64,000 nucleotides of DNA from an uncultured bacterium (GTDB taxonomy: Bacteria; Acidobacteriota; Thermoanaerobaculia; Multivoradales; JAHZIX01). The position numbers and the translations under genes are program-made. Below the pieces are notes generated by a model that saw nothing but the letters and a program-made list of their open reading frames with translations, ran no database searches and had not been told where the DNA came from. Of this stretch, positions 24,761 to 32,753 are shown piece by piece. How positions within the stretch are numbered: position 1 is the first letter of the stretch; every line of letters begins with the position of its first letter. The DNA lies in NCBI GenBank assembly GCA_965368975.1, contig CBDUPA010000008.1, forward strand, positions 61,626-125,625, written 5' to 3'.

Positions 24761-26365
24761 TCAACTCACGTCGATCCGCCCCTTGCCAATCTGCACCAGA
24801 CTCACCTCGTTGAACCGCCCCTCCTCCGGCCCATTCTCCAACCGCAGCACCCCCCGCGGACACACCGCCGCACAGACACCACACCCCACGCACGACGCGC
24901 GGATCACGTTCTGCCCACGCTGTGCGTAGTGACGCACGTCGATGCCCATCTCACAGTACGTCGAGCAGTTGCCGCAACTGATGCACTGACCGCCGTTGGT
25001 GGTGATGCGGAAGCGGCTCTTGAAGCGCTGGACGATACCGAGAATCGCCGCCAGCGGACAGCCGAAGCGGCACCAGACACGGTTGCCGAAGAACGGGTAG
25101 AAGCCGGTGCCGACGACGCCGGCGAAGATGGAGCTGATGAGGAAGCCGTACCAGGTCTTGACCGGTTCCTTGATGCTGGCGAAGACGGCCTCGCCTCCAT
25201 CCCTGCCGGTGATGTAGTTGGCCAGCACGATGGCGGTCATGACGACGGCGAAGACCAACACAGCATGCACCAGCCAACGCTCGACTTTCCAGGCCTTGAG
25301 GCTCTTGTCCGACAGCTGACGGAAGGGGTCGCCGAGCGTTTCCGCGAGACCGCCGCAGCCGCACACCCAGGAGCAGTACCAACGCTTGCCGAAGAAGAAG
25401 GCAAAAAGCGGTACGAGCAAGAAGCTGAGGCCGATGCCCCAGAGCAGCAGGAACATGCCGAAGGGGCTGCTCAGGTAGGTGTCCAGGTTGTAGCTGTAGA
25501 AGAAGCTGTAGTTGAGCGGCCAGGCGTTCTTGAAGTCGAAGTAGGGCTTGTTCAAGGCTTCCAGGATCGCCGGGATCAGGAAGGCGAAGCCGAGCTGGAA
25601 GAACATGACGCTGAGGGTGCGGATGACGTGGTAGCGACTGTGCCGGTAGTGGACCAGCATGCGCACGCCCATCACCACGACGCAGAAGGTGTAGAGCAGG
25701 CCGTAGAAGAACCACTGGTCAGCGGGCTTGTTGCGCAGCGCCTCGCTGATCGGGTCGCCGAGACGGATCCAGTTGGCGATATACGCCGGGAAGAAGTAGA
25801 GCAGGATGTAGAAGCCGATGAGGAAGACGCCGAAGCTGATGCCGACCCAGCCGCGGCTCTTGGCGCTGCTGTGGTAGACGCCGTCGTTGTGGATGCCGGC
25901 GGGCTTGAGGCCCAGGCGCGGCAGGAAGTAGAGCAGGGCGCCGAGGGGAGCGACGATCAGGCTGAGGACAAAGAAGAGGCGGGTGTTGTCGGCCGCGGGA
26001 CCGATGGCGGCGGCTTTGGCGAGATGGTACTTGTATTGACCCTTGTCGTAGTCCCAGATCTGGCTGCCGCCCTGGCCGCTGGCGACGAAGGTTTCGTTGA
26101 CCTCGGTCAGCTTGCGTTCGACGTCGTCCAGGAAAGTGAAGACGGTGTCGTAGCGACGGTCGAGTAAAGGAGACAGCTCCGCGCGCACGGTTTCCTGGTG
26201 GTGGCCGTAGATGCGGCCCTGGTCGAAGAGGCTCTGCAGCTTGTCGCTGGTGAGCTGGTAGTCGGCCAGGAAGAGTGTGCTGACGAAACCGGCGAAGCCG
26301 ATCAGGAAGAGCACCAGGCCGGCGACGCGCAGCTTGGCGTAGAGGTTGGAAGACGAGGAACTCAT
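24761..26365 (-). CDS. polytopic membrane protein with C-terminal 2x[4Fe-4S] ferredoxin domain (CcoG/RdxA/NapH-like)
   Basis: Many TM helices. C-terminus CISCGNCSTYCEMGIDV...CVGCGVCAAVCPRGV (two CxxCxxCxxxCP clusters). Also a CSWVCGCGG motif. Confidence 0.6.
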   Translation of the reverse strand: MSSSSSNLYAKLRVAGLVLFLIGFAGFVSTLFLADYQLTSDKLQSLFDQGRIYGHHQETVRAELSPLLDRRYDTVFTFLDDVERKLTEVNETFVASGQGGSQIWDYDKGQYKYHLAKAAAIGPAADNTRLFFVLSLIVAPLGALLYFLPRLGLKPAGIHNDGVYHSSAKSRGWVGISFGVFLIGFYILLYFFPAYIANWIRLGDPISEALRNKPADQWFFYGLLYTFCVVVMGVRMLVHYRHSRYHVIRTLSVMFFQLGFAFLIPAILEALNKPYFDFKNAWPLNYSFFYSYNLDTYLSSPFGMFLLLWGIGLSFLLVPLFAFFFGKRWYCSWVCGCGGLAETLGDPFRQLSDKSLKAWKVERWLVHAVLVFAVVMTAIVLANYITGRDGGEAVFASIKEPVKTWYGFLISSIFAGVVGTGFYPFFGNRVWCRFGCPLAAILGIVQRFKSRFRITTNGGQCISCGNCSTYCEMGIDVRHYAQRGQNVIRASCVGCGVCAAVCPRGVLRLENGPEEGRFNEVSLVQIGKGRIDVS

Positions 26366-27759
26366 GACGCCTTCCTCCAGCGCAAGAGGTGGCTCAGGCC
26401 GCGTTTGCGGCGCAGGGTGACGGGGTGATCAGGGAAGCGTTGGTTGTAGACGGAGACCAGGGCCGCCTCGTGCTGGCGGTAGAACTCTGGATCGAAGTTG
26501 GCGACGCCGAGGTTCTCGAGTACCCCGCGCACGGACGTGCCGTTGCGCAGCCATTCGTCGCACACTTCGTGGCGGTAGCGCACACCCATCAGTTGAAAGC
26601 CGGTGACGGGGCCGTCATGGGGAGAGTCTCCAGTGGATCGGTAGTTGACGCGGATGGCCAGGTGCTGCTCCGGGTGTTGCCAGTACAGCGTTTCGATGTC
26701 GTCGGGCTGCTGCGCGGGTACGTCGCCGTAGACCTGCCATTCGAGATCGAAGAACTTGGCGGAGTTGAACCAGACGTCTTGCTGGTAGGCGGTCACGGTG
26801 CCACAGATCGTGTGGGCGACCGTCTCGCCCATGGTGCGGCCGACGTACCAGACCGGCTCGGTGGGGCGACGGCCCGCTTTCGGCTGGCGTAACTGGGCGC
26901 AGTCGCCGATGGCGTAGACGTCCGGCACGTTGGTGCGCAGGTGTTCGTCGACCAGGATGCCGCGATCACACTCGATCTCGGAGCCGCGCAAGAACTCGAT
27001 GTTGGGACTGACGCCGACGGTCAAGCCGACGAACTGGCAGGAGATCGGCTCGCTCGCGTCTTCGGGAGCGCCACCGGCGGGCTTGGCGACGACCGCACAG
27101 GCACGACCGCGCGCGTCGGCCTCGATGTGGTCGAGCTCGGTGCCCATGCGCAAGTCGATACCATGACGCCGGATCTCACGTTCGATCAGCTCGCTCTCTT
27201 GCCGCGGGAAGGCGAATTCCATCCAGTGCTGCTCGCGCACCAGGAAAGTGACGCCGATACCGCGGCTGTGCAACATCTCGCTCATCTCGACGCCGATCAG
27301 GCCGCCGCCGATCACCACCGCGTGCTCGGTGTCCTGGGTGTTGCGCTCCATCAGCTCCAGGTCCGGGTAGCTGTAGAGCCCCTGGACGCCTTCGAGATCC
27401 TGGCCCGGCCAGCCGAATTTGTTCGACTTCGAGCCGGTGGCCAGGATCAGCACGTCGTACGGGACGTGGCCGCCACCGGAGAGACGCAGCTTCTTGGTCT
27501 CGACTTCCACGGCCTCGACCCACGCCCGGCGCAGGCGGATGCGGTTCTTGTCCCAGAAGTGGTCTTCGTAGGGCTTGGTGTCTTCGAAGCGCATGTGCCC
27601 CATGTAGATGTACATCAGGGCGGTGCGCGAGAAGAAGTGGTCGGTCTCTGCGGAGATCACGGTGATCTCGTGGTCACTGCGCTTGCGGATGTGCCGTGCG
27701 GCGGTGATACCGGCGATGCCGTTGCCCAGAATGACGATCTGCTGCACGTCGGAACTCAT
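26362..27759 (-). CDS. FAD/NAD(P)-dependent pyridine nucleotide-disulfide family oxidoreductase
   Basis: IVILGNGIAGITAA (FAD GxGxxG), HAVVIGGGLIGVEMSE (NAD GxGxxG), VYAIGDCA. AGGAGA RBS before ATG 27759. The 200-aa upstream in-frame extension is rejected. 4-bp overlap with the downstream 4Fe-4S gene. Confidence 0.75.
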   Translation of the reverse strand: MSSDVQQIVILGNGIAGITAARHIRKRSDHEITVISAETDHFFSRTALMYIYMGHMRFEDTKPYEDHFWDKNRIRLRRAWVEAVEVETKKLRLSGGGHVPYDVLILATGSKSNKFGWPGQDLEGVQGLYSYPDLELMERNTQDTEHAVVIGGGLIGVEMSEMLHSRGIGVTFLVREQHWMEFAFPRQESELIEREIRRHGIDLRMGTELDHIEADARGRACAVVAKPAGGAPEDASEPISCQFVGLTVGVSPNIEFLRGSEIECDRGILVDEHLRTNVPDVYAIGDCAQLRQPKAGRRPTEPVWYVGRTMGETVAHTICGTVTAYQQDVWFNSAKFFDLEWQVYGDVPAQQPDDIETLYWQHPEQHLAIRVNYRSTGDSPHDGPVTGFQLMGVRYRHEVCDEWLRNGTSVRGVLENLGVANFDPEFYRQHEAALVSVYNQRFPDHPVTLRRKRGLSHLLRWRKAS

Positions 27760-27869
27760 GCTTTCTCCTTCGGTCCGGTTCGTCGAGTGGGTACGCAGGT
27801 CGGCCGGTAGCGGATCTGTACCGCAGTCGGTGCCGCAGTTGGTGCCGCAGTCGAGGTCTTGCCGAGAAT

Positions 27870-28913
27870 CTAGCGCCGTGCGGCCCGTAGCCGGTCGAGT
27901 GCCGGGTCGAGTAGCGCATCGCCGAGCAGGACGAGGACGATCCACAGTCCGTCCGCCAGTAGCAGGTGTGCCAGCTGCATCCACACGGGGGCCTTGAGCG
28001 CGATGTTGAGCAGCCCGCCGGCCATCTGGGCGAAGACCATCAGCATTAGCAGACGCGACAGGTTCGCCGCTCGCTCCTCGCTGACGTGACTGCCTCGACC
28101 GTTGCCACCGGCGCTCGACAGAGCGTCGTGCGTGCGGCGAGCAAGAGCGAAGAGCAAGAGCGTCACGGCGACCGAGAGCGCTGGGTGCACCAGACGCAGG
28201 CGCACCACCAGGGGCGAGTCCTCGTTCAGATGAGCCTGGATGGCTTCGGCGTGGGACTCGACGGGGTAGAGGGTGACACCCAGAGCGCTGACCGCGCCGC
28301 TGATGCCGGTCACCAGGAGAACCAGCAGGCAGGCGGTGAGTAGCCGGTCGCGGCCCCACAGGGCGAGCTTGCGGCGCTCACCGGCTGCCGATCCGAAGGT
28401 GCCGTGTTGTGACGACCAGGCGGCAGTCAAGGCGAGAGCGGCGAGCAGGAAGAAAGTGGTCGTGAGGTGTGCGCCCATGACGAAGATGCGCAGCGTCGAG
28501 GTGTCGTCGACCACCAAGTCACCGAGCACCAAGCCAGCTCCGACCAGCGCCTCGACGATCATCAAGGCCAAGACCCAGGCCGCTCCCATCCGCACTCGCT
28601 GGCTTTGCGAATCGAGGCCGGGTGGAAAGAGCCTGCGCGCCCAGACGAACAGCACGATGACCAGGATCAGCGCCACGCCGCTGGTCAGCCGGTGCGAAAA
28701 CTCGATCAGCGTCTCGACGTTCGGCGCGCGCGGCACGATTTCGCCATTGCACAGCGGCCAGTGACTGCCGCAGCCGGCACCACTGCCAGTGGCGCGCACG
28801 AAGGCTCCCCAGAGCACGACGAAGAGGTTGTAGTGCAGGTTGAACCAGGCGAAGCGGCTGAAGTTGCGGTTCTGGTTGACGGCTGGGTTCTCGTTGAGGT
28901 CTAGATTGTCCAT
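27870..28913 (-). CDS. ctaA: heme A synthase
   Basis: GAFVRATGSGAGCGSHWPLCNGE motif and multi-TM architecture typical of CtaA/COX15. Start at ATG 28913 (MDNLDL...). Confidence 0.8.
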   Translation of the reverse strand: MDNLDLNENPAVNQNRNFSRFAWFNLHYNLFVVLWGAFVRATGSGAGCGSHWPLCNGEIVPRAPNVETLIEFSHRLTSGVALILVIVLFVWARRLFPPGLDSQSQRVRMGAAWVLALMIVEALVGAGLVLGDLVVDDTSTLRIFVMGAHLTTTFFLLAALALTAAWSSQHGTFGSAAGERRKLALWGRDRLLTACLLVLLVTGISGAVSALGVTLYPVESHAEAIQAHLNEDSPLVVRLRLVHPALSVAVTLLLFALARRTHDALSSAGGNGRGSHVSEERAANLSRLLMLMVFAQMAGGLLNIALKAPVWMQLAHLLLADGLWIVLVLLGDALLDPALDRLRAARR

Positions 28914-29184
28914 GACGGCTAGAACTCTATCGTGCCTGGCGGCCGACGGCACGGAAAAGTGTCCCTCCTCTCACCTGGCGCCTGTGGACGTTGGCTGACG
29001 CCCAGATACCGCAGCCGTTAGTTGTGGACCAGCTTGGTGTAGAATTCCCGCGTCCGGTGCGCCCCTGCGGGCCGGCACCCCTTCGCCTTACCCACCCCGG
29101 CCGTGCCGTCAGCACCGGGAGCTAGTCGTCTAGCACCGCCAGCTGTCTTCCGCGTTCGGCCTTCAAGCTTCTGGAGAACCCGCC

Positions 29185-29616
29185 ATGCCCTACAACCCGA
29201 TCTTGGTCAAGCCGATGCGCGACGAGTTGACGTCCATCGGCGTTGAGGAACTGCTCGCAGCCGAGGACGTCGATCGCTTCTTGGAGCAGGACGAGACCGC
29301 GCTCCTGGTCTTCAACTCCGTCTGCGGCTGTGCTGCCGGCCAGGCCCGTCCGGGCGTGCGCCTGGCCCTCGAGTCGGACGTCAAGCCGGCGCGTGTCGGA
29401 ACGGTGTTCGCTGGTCAGGACGTCGAAGCCACCGCCAAAGCGCGTGCCTTCATGGCCGACATCCCGCCTTCGAGCCCGTCGATGGCCCTGTTCAAGAACC
29501 GCGAGCTGGTCTTCTTCCTGCCGCGCCACCGCATCGAGGGCCGGGACGCCGGTGCCGTCGCCGAAGACCTGAAGCAGGCGTTCGCCGAGCATTGTGCCGC
29601 TGGGCAGAGTGCTTGA
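29185..29616 (+). CDS. bacilliredoxin-like protein (DUF1094, BrxA/BrxB/YphP family) with CGC motif
   Basis: LLVFNSVCGCAAGQARPGV matches the conserved CGC active-site context of YphP/YqiW-type thiol-disulfide oxidoreductases. 143 aa. Confidence 0.7.
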   Translation: MPYNPILVKPMRDELTSIGVEELLAAEDVDRFLEQDETALLVFNSVCGCAAGQARPGVRLALESDVKPARVGTVFAGQDVEATAKARAFMADIPPSSPSMALFKNRELVFFLPRHRIEGRDAGAVAEDLKQAFAEHCAAGQSA

Positions 29617-29620
29617 GCTG

Positions 29621-29899
29621 ATGGGAACCTTTCACCAGCACAAGGGTGAACTGCACGGCATCACGGTGGTCGTCGAGACCACCGGCGATGCCGTGTGGGT
29701 CGGGCGCTGCGACGAGGTGACGCCCGAAGGCGTCGTTCTACTCGACGCCGACGTCCACCGCGAGGGCGACGACGGCCGCTCGAACGCCGACTACCTGCAG
29801 CACGCCGCGAAGTTTGGCGTCTGGAAGAAGTACGACCACCACGTGGTGCCGACCGCCGAGGTCAAGTCGGTGCGGCGCCTGGGGGAGGTTGAAGCGTAG
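29621..29899 (+). CDS. hypothetical small protein (92 aa)
   Basis: GC3-rich ORF immediately after the bacilliredoxin-like gene. The start is uncertain (29594 or 29621). No family recognised. Confidence 0.4.
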   Translation: MGTFHQHKGELHGITVVVETTGDAVWVGRCDEVTPEGVVLLDADVHREGDDGRSNADYLQHAAKFGVWKKYDHHVVPTAEVKSVRRLGEVEA

Positions 29900-29928
29900 C
29901 TCCGCGGCGTCCTTCGCGCCTCGCCTGT

Positions 29929-29968
29929 GGCCTCCATCGTCGATCGATCGCGGTGGAGGCTTTCTCGT
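29929..29968 (+). terminator. candidate intrinsic terminator after the brx-like operon
   Basis: Stem GGCCTCCA ... TGGAGGC with a palindromic loop (TCGATCGA), followed by TTTCTCGTAT. Confidence 0.5.
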
Positions 29969-30013
29969 ATCCGGGGCGTCTCGATGAGAATCAAGAGAAT
30001 TTCGACTCGGCGC

Positions 30014-30042
30014 TTGACAAGGATTATTTCTTGCCCTACTAT
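30014..30042 (+). promoter_or_regulatory. near-consensus sigma70-type promoter (TTGACA-17 nt-TACTAT)
   Basis: TTGACA at 30014-30019, a 17-nt spacer, TACTAT at 30037-30042. Lies inside an otherwise ORF-poor region. A strong terminator lies 320 nt downstream. Confidence 0.5.
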
Positions 30043-30115
30043 CTCGAAGCTCGATCGCAATAACACGGCGCCATCGTTGCTGCTTAACGACGGGCCGCTC
30101 GAACGAGACAAGACC

Positions 30116-30307
30116 ATGAGAAAGCCCAACTACCATTCGACCCGCTTCGAGCCTCACCGGCAGCACCAGTTGCCAGGCGTGCGGTTTTCCAGCTTGGGTG
30201 CACCGCGTCTCGTGACGCTCGCGCTCTCAACCTCGGAAAGCCTGCAGGCACCCGTGTACAAGGCACATGGAGCGGATGCGAAGACCCGGAGCTTTCTCGT
30301 GAACTGA
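30116..30307 (+). CDS. small basic hypothetical protein (63 aa), or the body of an sRNA
   Basis: The only GC3-biased ORF between the promoter (30014) and the terminator (30335). No convincing Shine-Dalgarno before the ATG, so an sRNA is equally possible. Confidence 0.3.
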   Translation: MRKPNYHSTRFEPHRQHQLPGVRFSSLGAPRLVTLALSTSESLQAPVYKAHGADAKTRSFLVN

Positions 30308-30334
30308 CGAACCATCACATCGTCAGCTTCCTTG

Positions 30335-30370
30335 AAAGCCTTCCCGGGGTCGCCCCAGGAAGGCTTTTTT
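30335..30370 (+). terminator. strong rho-independent terminator
   Basis: AAAGCCTTCCCGGGGTCGCCCCAGGAAGGCTTT hairpin (GC-rich, ~14 bp) followed by TTTTTT. Confidence 0.75.
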
Positions 30371-30705
30371 GCTGTCTGCTCACCGGCTCACGAGCTAGTT
30401 GGGTCCGGTATCTCGAACAACCAGAATAGCGGACCTCGTCCGGACGGCCGACGTGTGTTCAAACATTACAATCAGCTTCCTTCGAGGGGCTGATGTGTGG
30501 CTTCTTTGACAATTGAATATCCATTCTGAACCGGACTTCGCCGGACCAGCGGGGCACGGTGGACTCGTGGCGGGGAAGGCATCAGCCTTTTCGGCCCGGT
30601 GTCTGATCGTGCTTGCCGTACATGGACTATCACCGACGAGGTCACGCTGCTCGCGCAAGAGCGCTCGACATAGGATCGAGAGAGGTCTGAAAAACCTCGA
30701 CTTCT

Positions 30706-30779
30706 GCTTCATTAGCTCACTGGTAGAGCGCCGGCACACAACCCGGAGGTTGCGGGTTCGATTCCCGCATGATGCTTCA
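30706..30779 (+). tRNA. tRNA-like element with aberrant anticodon arm (possible tRNA pseudogene or tRNA-derived structured RNA)
   Basis: Canonical D-arm (AGCTCACTGGTAGAGC) and T-arm (GCGGGTTCGATTCCCGC). The acceptor GCTTCAT/ATGATGC has one mismatch. The anticodon region forms only a 4-bp CCGG/CCGG stem with an 8-nt loop CACACAAC. The 3' tail is TTCA, not CCA. Confidence 0.3.
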
Positions 30780-31336
30780 GCACCGTCAACGCCGCAGTCG
30801 TGCGCGGCACCATCAGGTCCGAAGGGAACGGTCTTTCTCCGCCCGCGCCGATGTCGGTTCCGGGACGGGGGCTGTCGTCGTTGCTGCTCGTCACCTCGTG
30901 GCGGGCGGTCGATGGCGGCGCTCCCGCCCGGGGCAGCGCCGAGGCTTCGCCGCGGCTTGGAAGGCGGGCCGGGTCCGAAAGCCACGACGCATCGTCGCCG
31001 TAGCGGCTCCGGAAACACCTTCGAGGTGCGCTCCCGAGCTGTTGCCGCGGCGGCGCCGACCGGTGGACCGACCCGTAACTCGCTCCAAGCCCCGCGAATC
31101 CCGGCGTGACGTCACAGCGATCCGCGGAGGAGACCGTTCCCTGACGACGTTTCCGTGCCCGATCCTCGTCTCGATGCCTCCATCCCTCGGTTTCCGTTCG
31201 TCCGGTTCCAGATATCGACATTCGCCGCGGCGCACCGCGTCGCATTTTCCATCCACCCACGACCCGTCCAAGGACTGACCGTCCAATCGTCGGCCTGCAC
31301 GGTCGACCCGAATCCCGATCTCCAAGGAGGTGAATC

Positions 31337-32665
31337 ATGCTTTTCATTCGCTACGTTCACGTACAGCCCTACGAGCGCGTCGTCGTCTTCCGCGACGGCG
31401 AGCCGATCAAGGTCCTGATGCCCGGTCGGCGTTTCCTCGTGCGCTGGGCAAGCGAGCTGCGACTGCAGACTTTCGACATCCGGACCCCGTATCTCGAAGT
31501 GACCGATGACGGGCTTCGCATCGAGGATCTGGAAGCCCTGGTCAAGAGTGGCCTGCTGGACCAGGAGGTCCAGTCCGTCCGGCTGCACAAGCACGAGCGG
31601 GCCCTGATGTGGGTCGAGGGCCGGCTGGATCGCGCCCTGGGCGCGGGGCCGCACGTCGCCTGGAACAGCTTCTTCCAGGTGCGCTTCCAGGCCTACTCCG
31701 TGCTCGACGTCTACCTGCAGCACCCGCAGATCGAGGTCGTGGTCGACAGCGGTCTGCTGGCCGAGGAGACCGAGACCGTCGAGATCGGTGACCGTCAGCG
31801 GGCCCTGGTCTGGGTCGATGGCCGCTTCGACCGCATCCTGACTCCGGGTCTGCACCTGCTGTGGCGTGCCATGAAGCGGGTGCGGGTCGAGGTCGTGGAG
31901 GTTGGGGACGGTGTCTTCGAGCACCCGCGGCTCGAGACCATCGTGCAATCACTTGCCGCCGTCGAGCCGCTGGACACCATCTGCGTGCCGGCCGACCATG
32001 AGCTGCTGATCTTCCGCGACGGTCGCTTCGACCGCGCGCTGGCGCCCGGCGTCTACGCGCTGTGGAAGGACGTCTCCTACTTCAAGTGGCAGATGGTCGA
32101 TCTGCGCGAGCAGATGCTGGACATCAACAGCCAGGACGTCATGACCGCGGACAAGGTGACCCTGCGTATCAACGCCGTCGTCACCTACCGCGTGGCCGAT
32201 GCTCGCGCCATGGTGCAGGCGTCGGAGAACACTTCGCAGTCCCTCTACCGCGAGGCACAGCTGGCTCTGCGCTCCGTGCTCGGTGCGCGCGAGCTGGACG
32301 TGATCCTGGCGGAGAAGGACGCGGTGACCGAGGAGCTGGACCAGGCGGTCCGAGCCAAGGCCACCGAGCTGGGTCTGACCCTCGTGTCGCTGGGTCTGCG
32401 TGACGTCATCCTTCCGGGTGAGATGCGCACCCTGATGAATCGGGTCACCGAGGCCAAGAAGGCCGCGGAGGCCAACCTCATCGCGCGTCGCGAAGAGACT
32501 CAGGCCATGCGCTCCCAGGCCAACACCGCGCGCATCTTCGAGTCCAACCCGACTCTGCTGAAGCTGCGCGAGCTGGAGGTTCTGGAGAAGGTCGCCGAGC
32601 GGGCCGACCTGAAGGTCGTGCTCACCGAGAGCGGCCTGACTGATCGCCTGGTGCAGATGGTATGA
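31337..32665 (+). CDS. SPFH/band-7 (stomatin-prohibitin-flotillin-HflK/C) domain protein with three extra N-terminal repeats of the SPFH leading beta-hairpin module; no TM segment
   Basis: Residues ~200-440 form a canonical SPFH domain (DHELLIFRDGRFDRALAPGVYALW...SQDVMTADKVTLRINAVVTYRVADARAMV...coiled-coil tail). It is preceded by three paralogous copies: YERVVVFRDGEPIKVLMPGRRFLVRW, HERALMWVEGRLDRALGAGPHVAW, RQRALVWVDGRFDRILTPGLHLLW. AAGGAGG RBS 7 nt before the ATG. Confidence 0.7.
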   Translation: MLFIRYVHVQPYERVVVFRDGEPIKVLMPGRRFLVRWASELRLQTFDIRTPYLEVTDDGLRIEDLEALVKSGLLDQEVQSVRLHKHERALMWVEGRLDRALGAGPHVAWNSFFQVRFQAYSVLDVYLQHPQIEVVVDSGLLAEETETVEIGDRQRALVWVDGRFDRILTPGLHLLWRAMKRVRVEVVEVGDGVFEHPRLETIVQSLAAVEPLDTICVPADHELLIFRDGRFDRALAPGVYALWKDVSYFKWQMVDLREQMLDINSQDVMTADKVTLRINAVVTYRVADARAMVQASENTSQSLYREAQLALRSVLGARELDVILAEKDAVTEELDQAVRAKATELGLTLVSLGLRDVILPGEMRTLMNRVTEAKKAAEANLIARREETQAMRSQANTARIFESNPTLLKLRELEVLEKVAERADLKVVLTESGLTDRLVQMV

Positions 32666-32753
32666 GCCCTGGGCTCACCTTCCGCACGACCTACCGTTCA
32701 ACCTAGGCCTCGGGGCTTTGCTCCGAGGCTTTTTCGTATGGGGAATTCTAAGC

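Noticed and set aside
26362-28359. Full 665-aa extent of the FAD-oxidoreductase ORF
   Set aside because: The N-terminal ~200 aa are Arg/Pro-rich nonsense. A strong AGGAGA RBS precedes the internal ATG at 27759, which begins the Rossmann fold. The ctaA stop also lies within the rejected extension.
30706-30779. Idea that the tRNA-like element is the tRNA-like domain of tmRNA (ssrA)
   Set aside because: It has a complete canonical D-arm and a 5' acceptor strand contiguous with it. There is no upstream tag-peptide reading frame ending in hydrophobic Ala-Ala. tmRNA lacks a true D-stem.
30395-31109. ORFs 30395-31018 (-) and 30513-31109 (+) in the ORF-poor region
   Set aside because: Mutually overlapping, Arg/Pro/Gly-rich, no RBS or domain. 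Treated as non-coding; the region is discussed instead as a possible RNA locus.
31112-31948. 278-aa minus-strand ORF
   Set aside because: Antisense to the repeat-SPFH gene. The region upstream of 31337 is otherwise non-coding.
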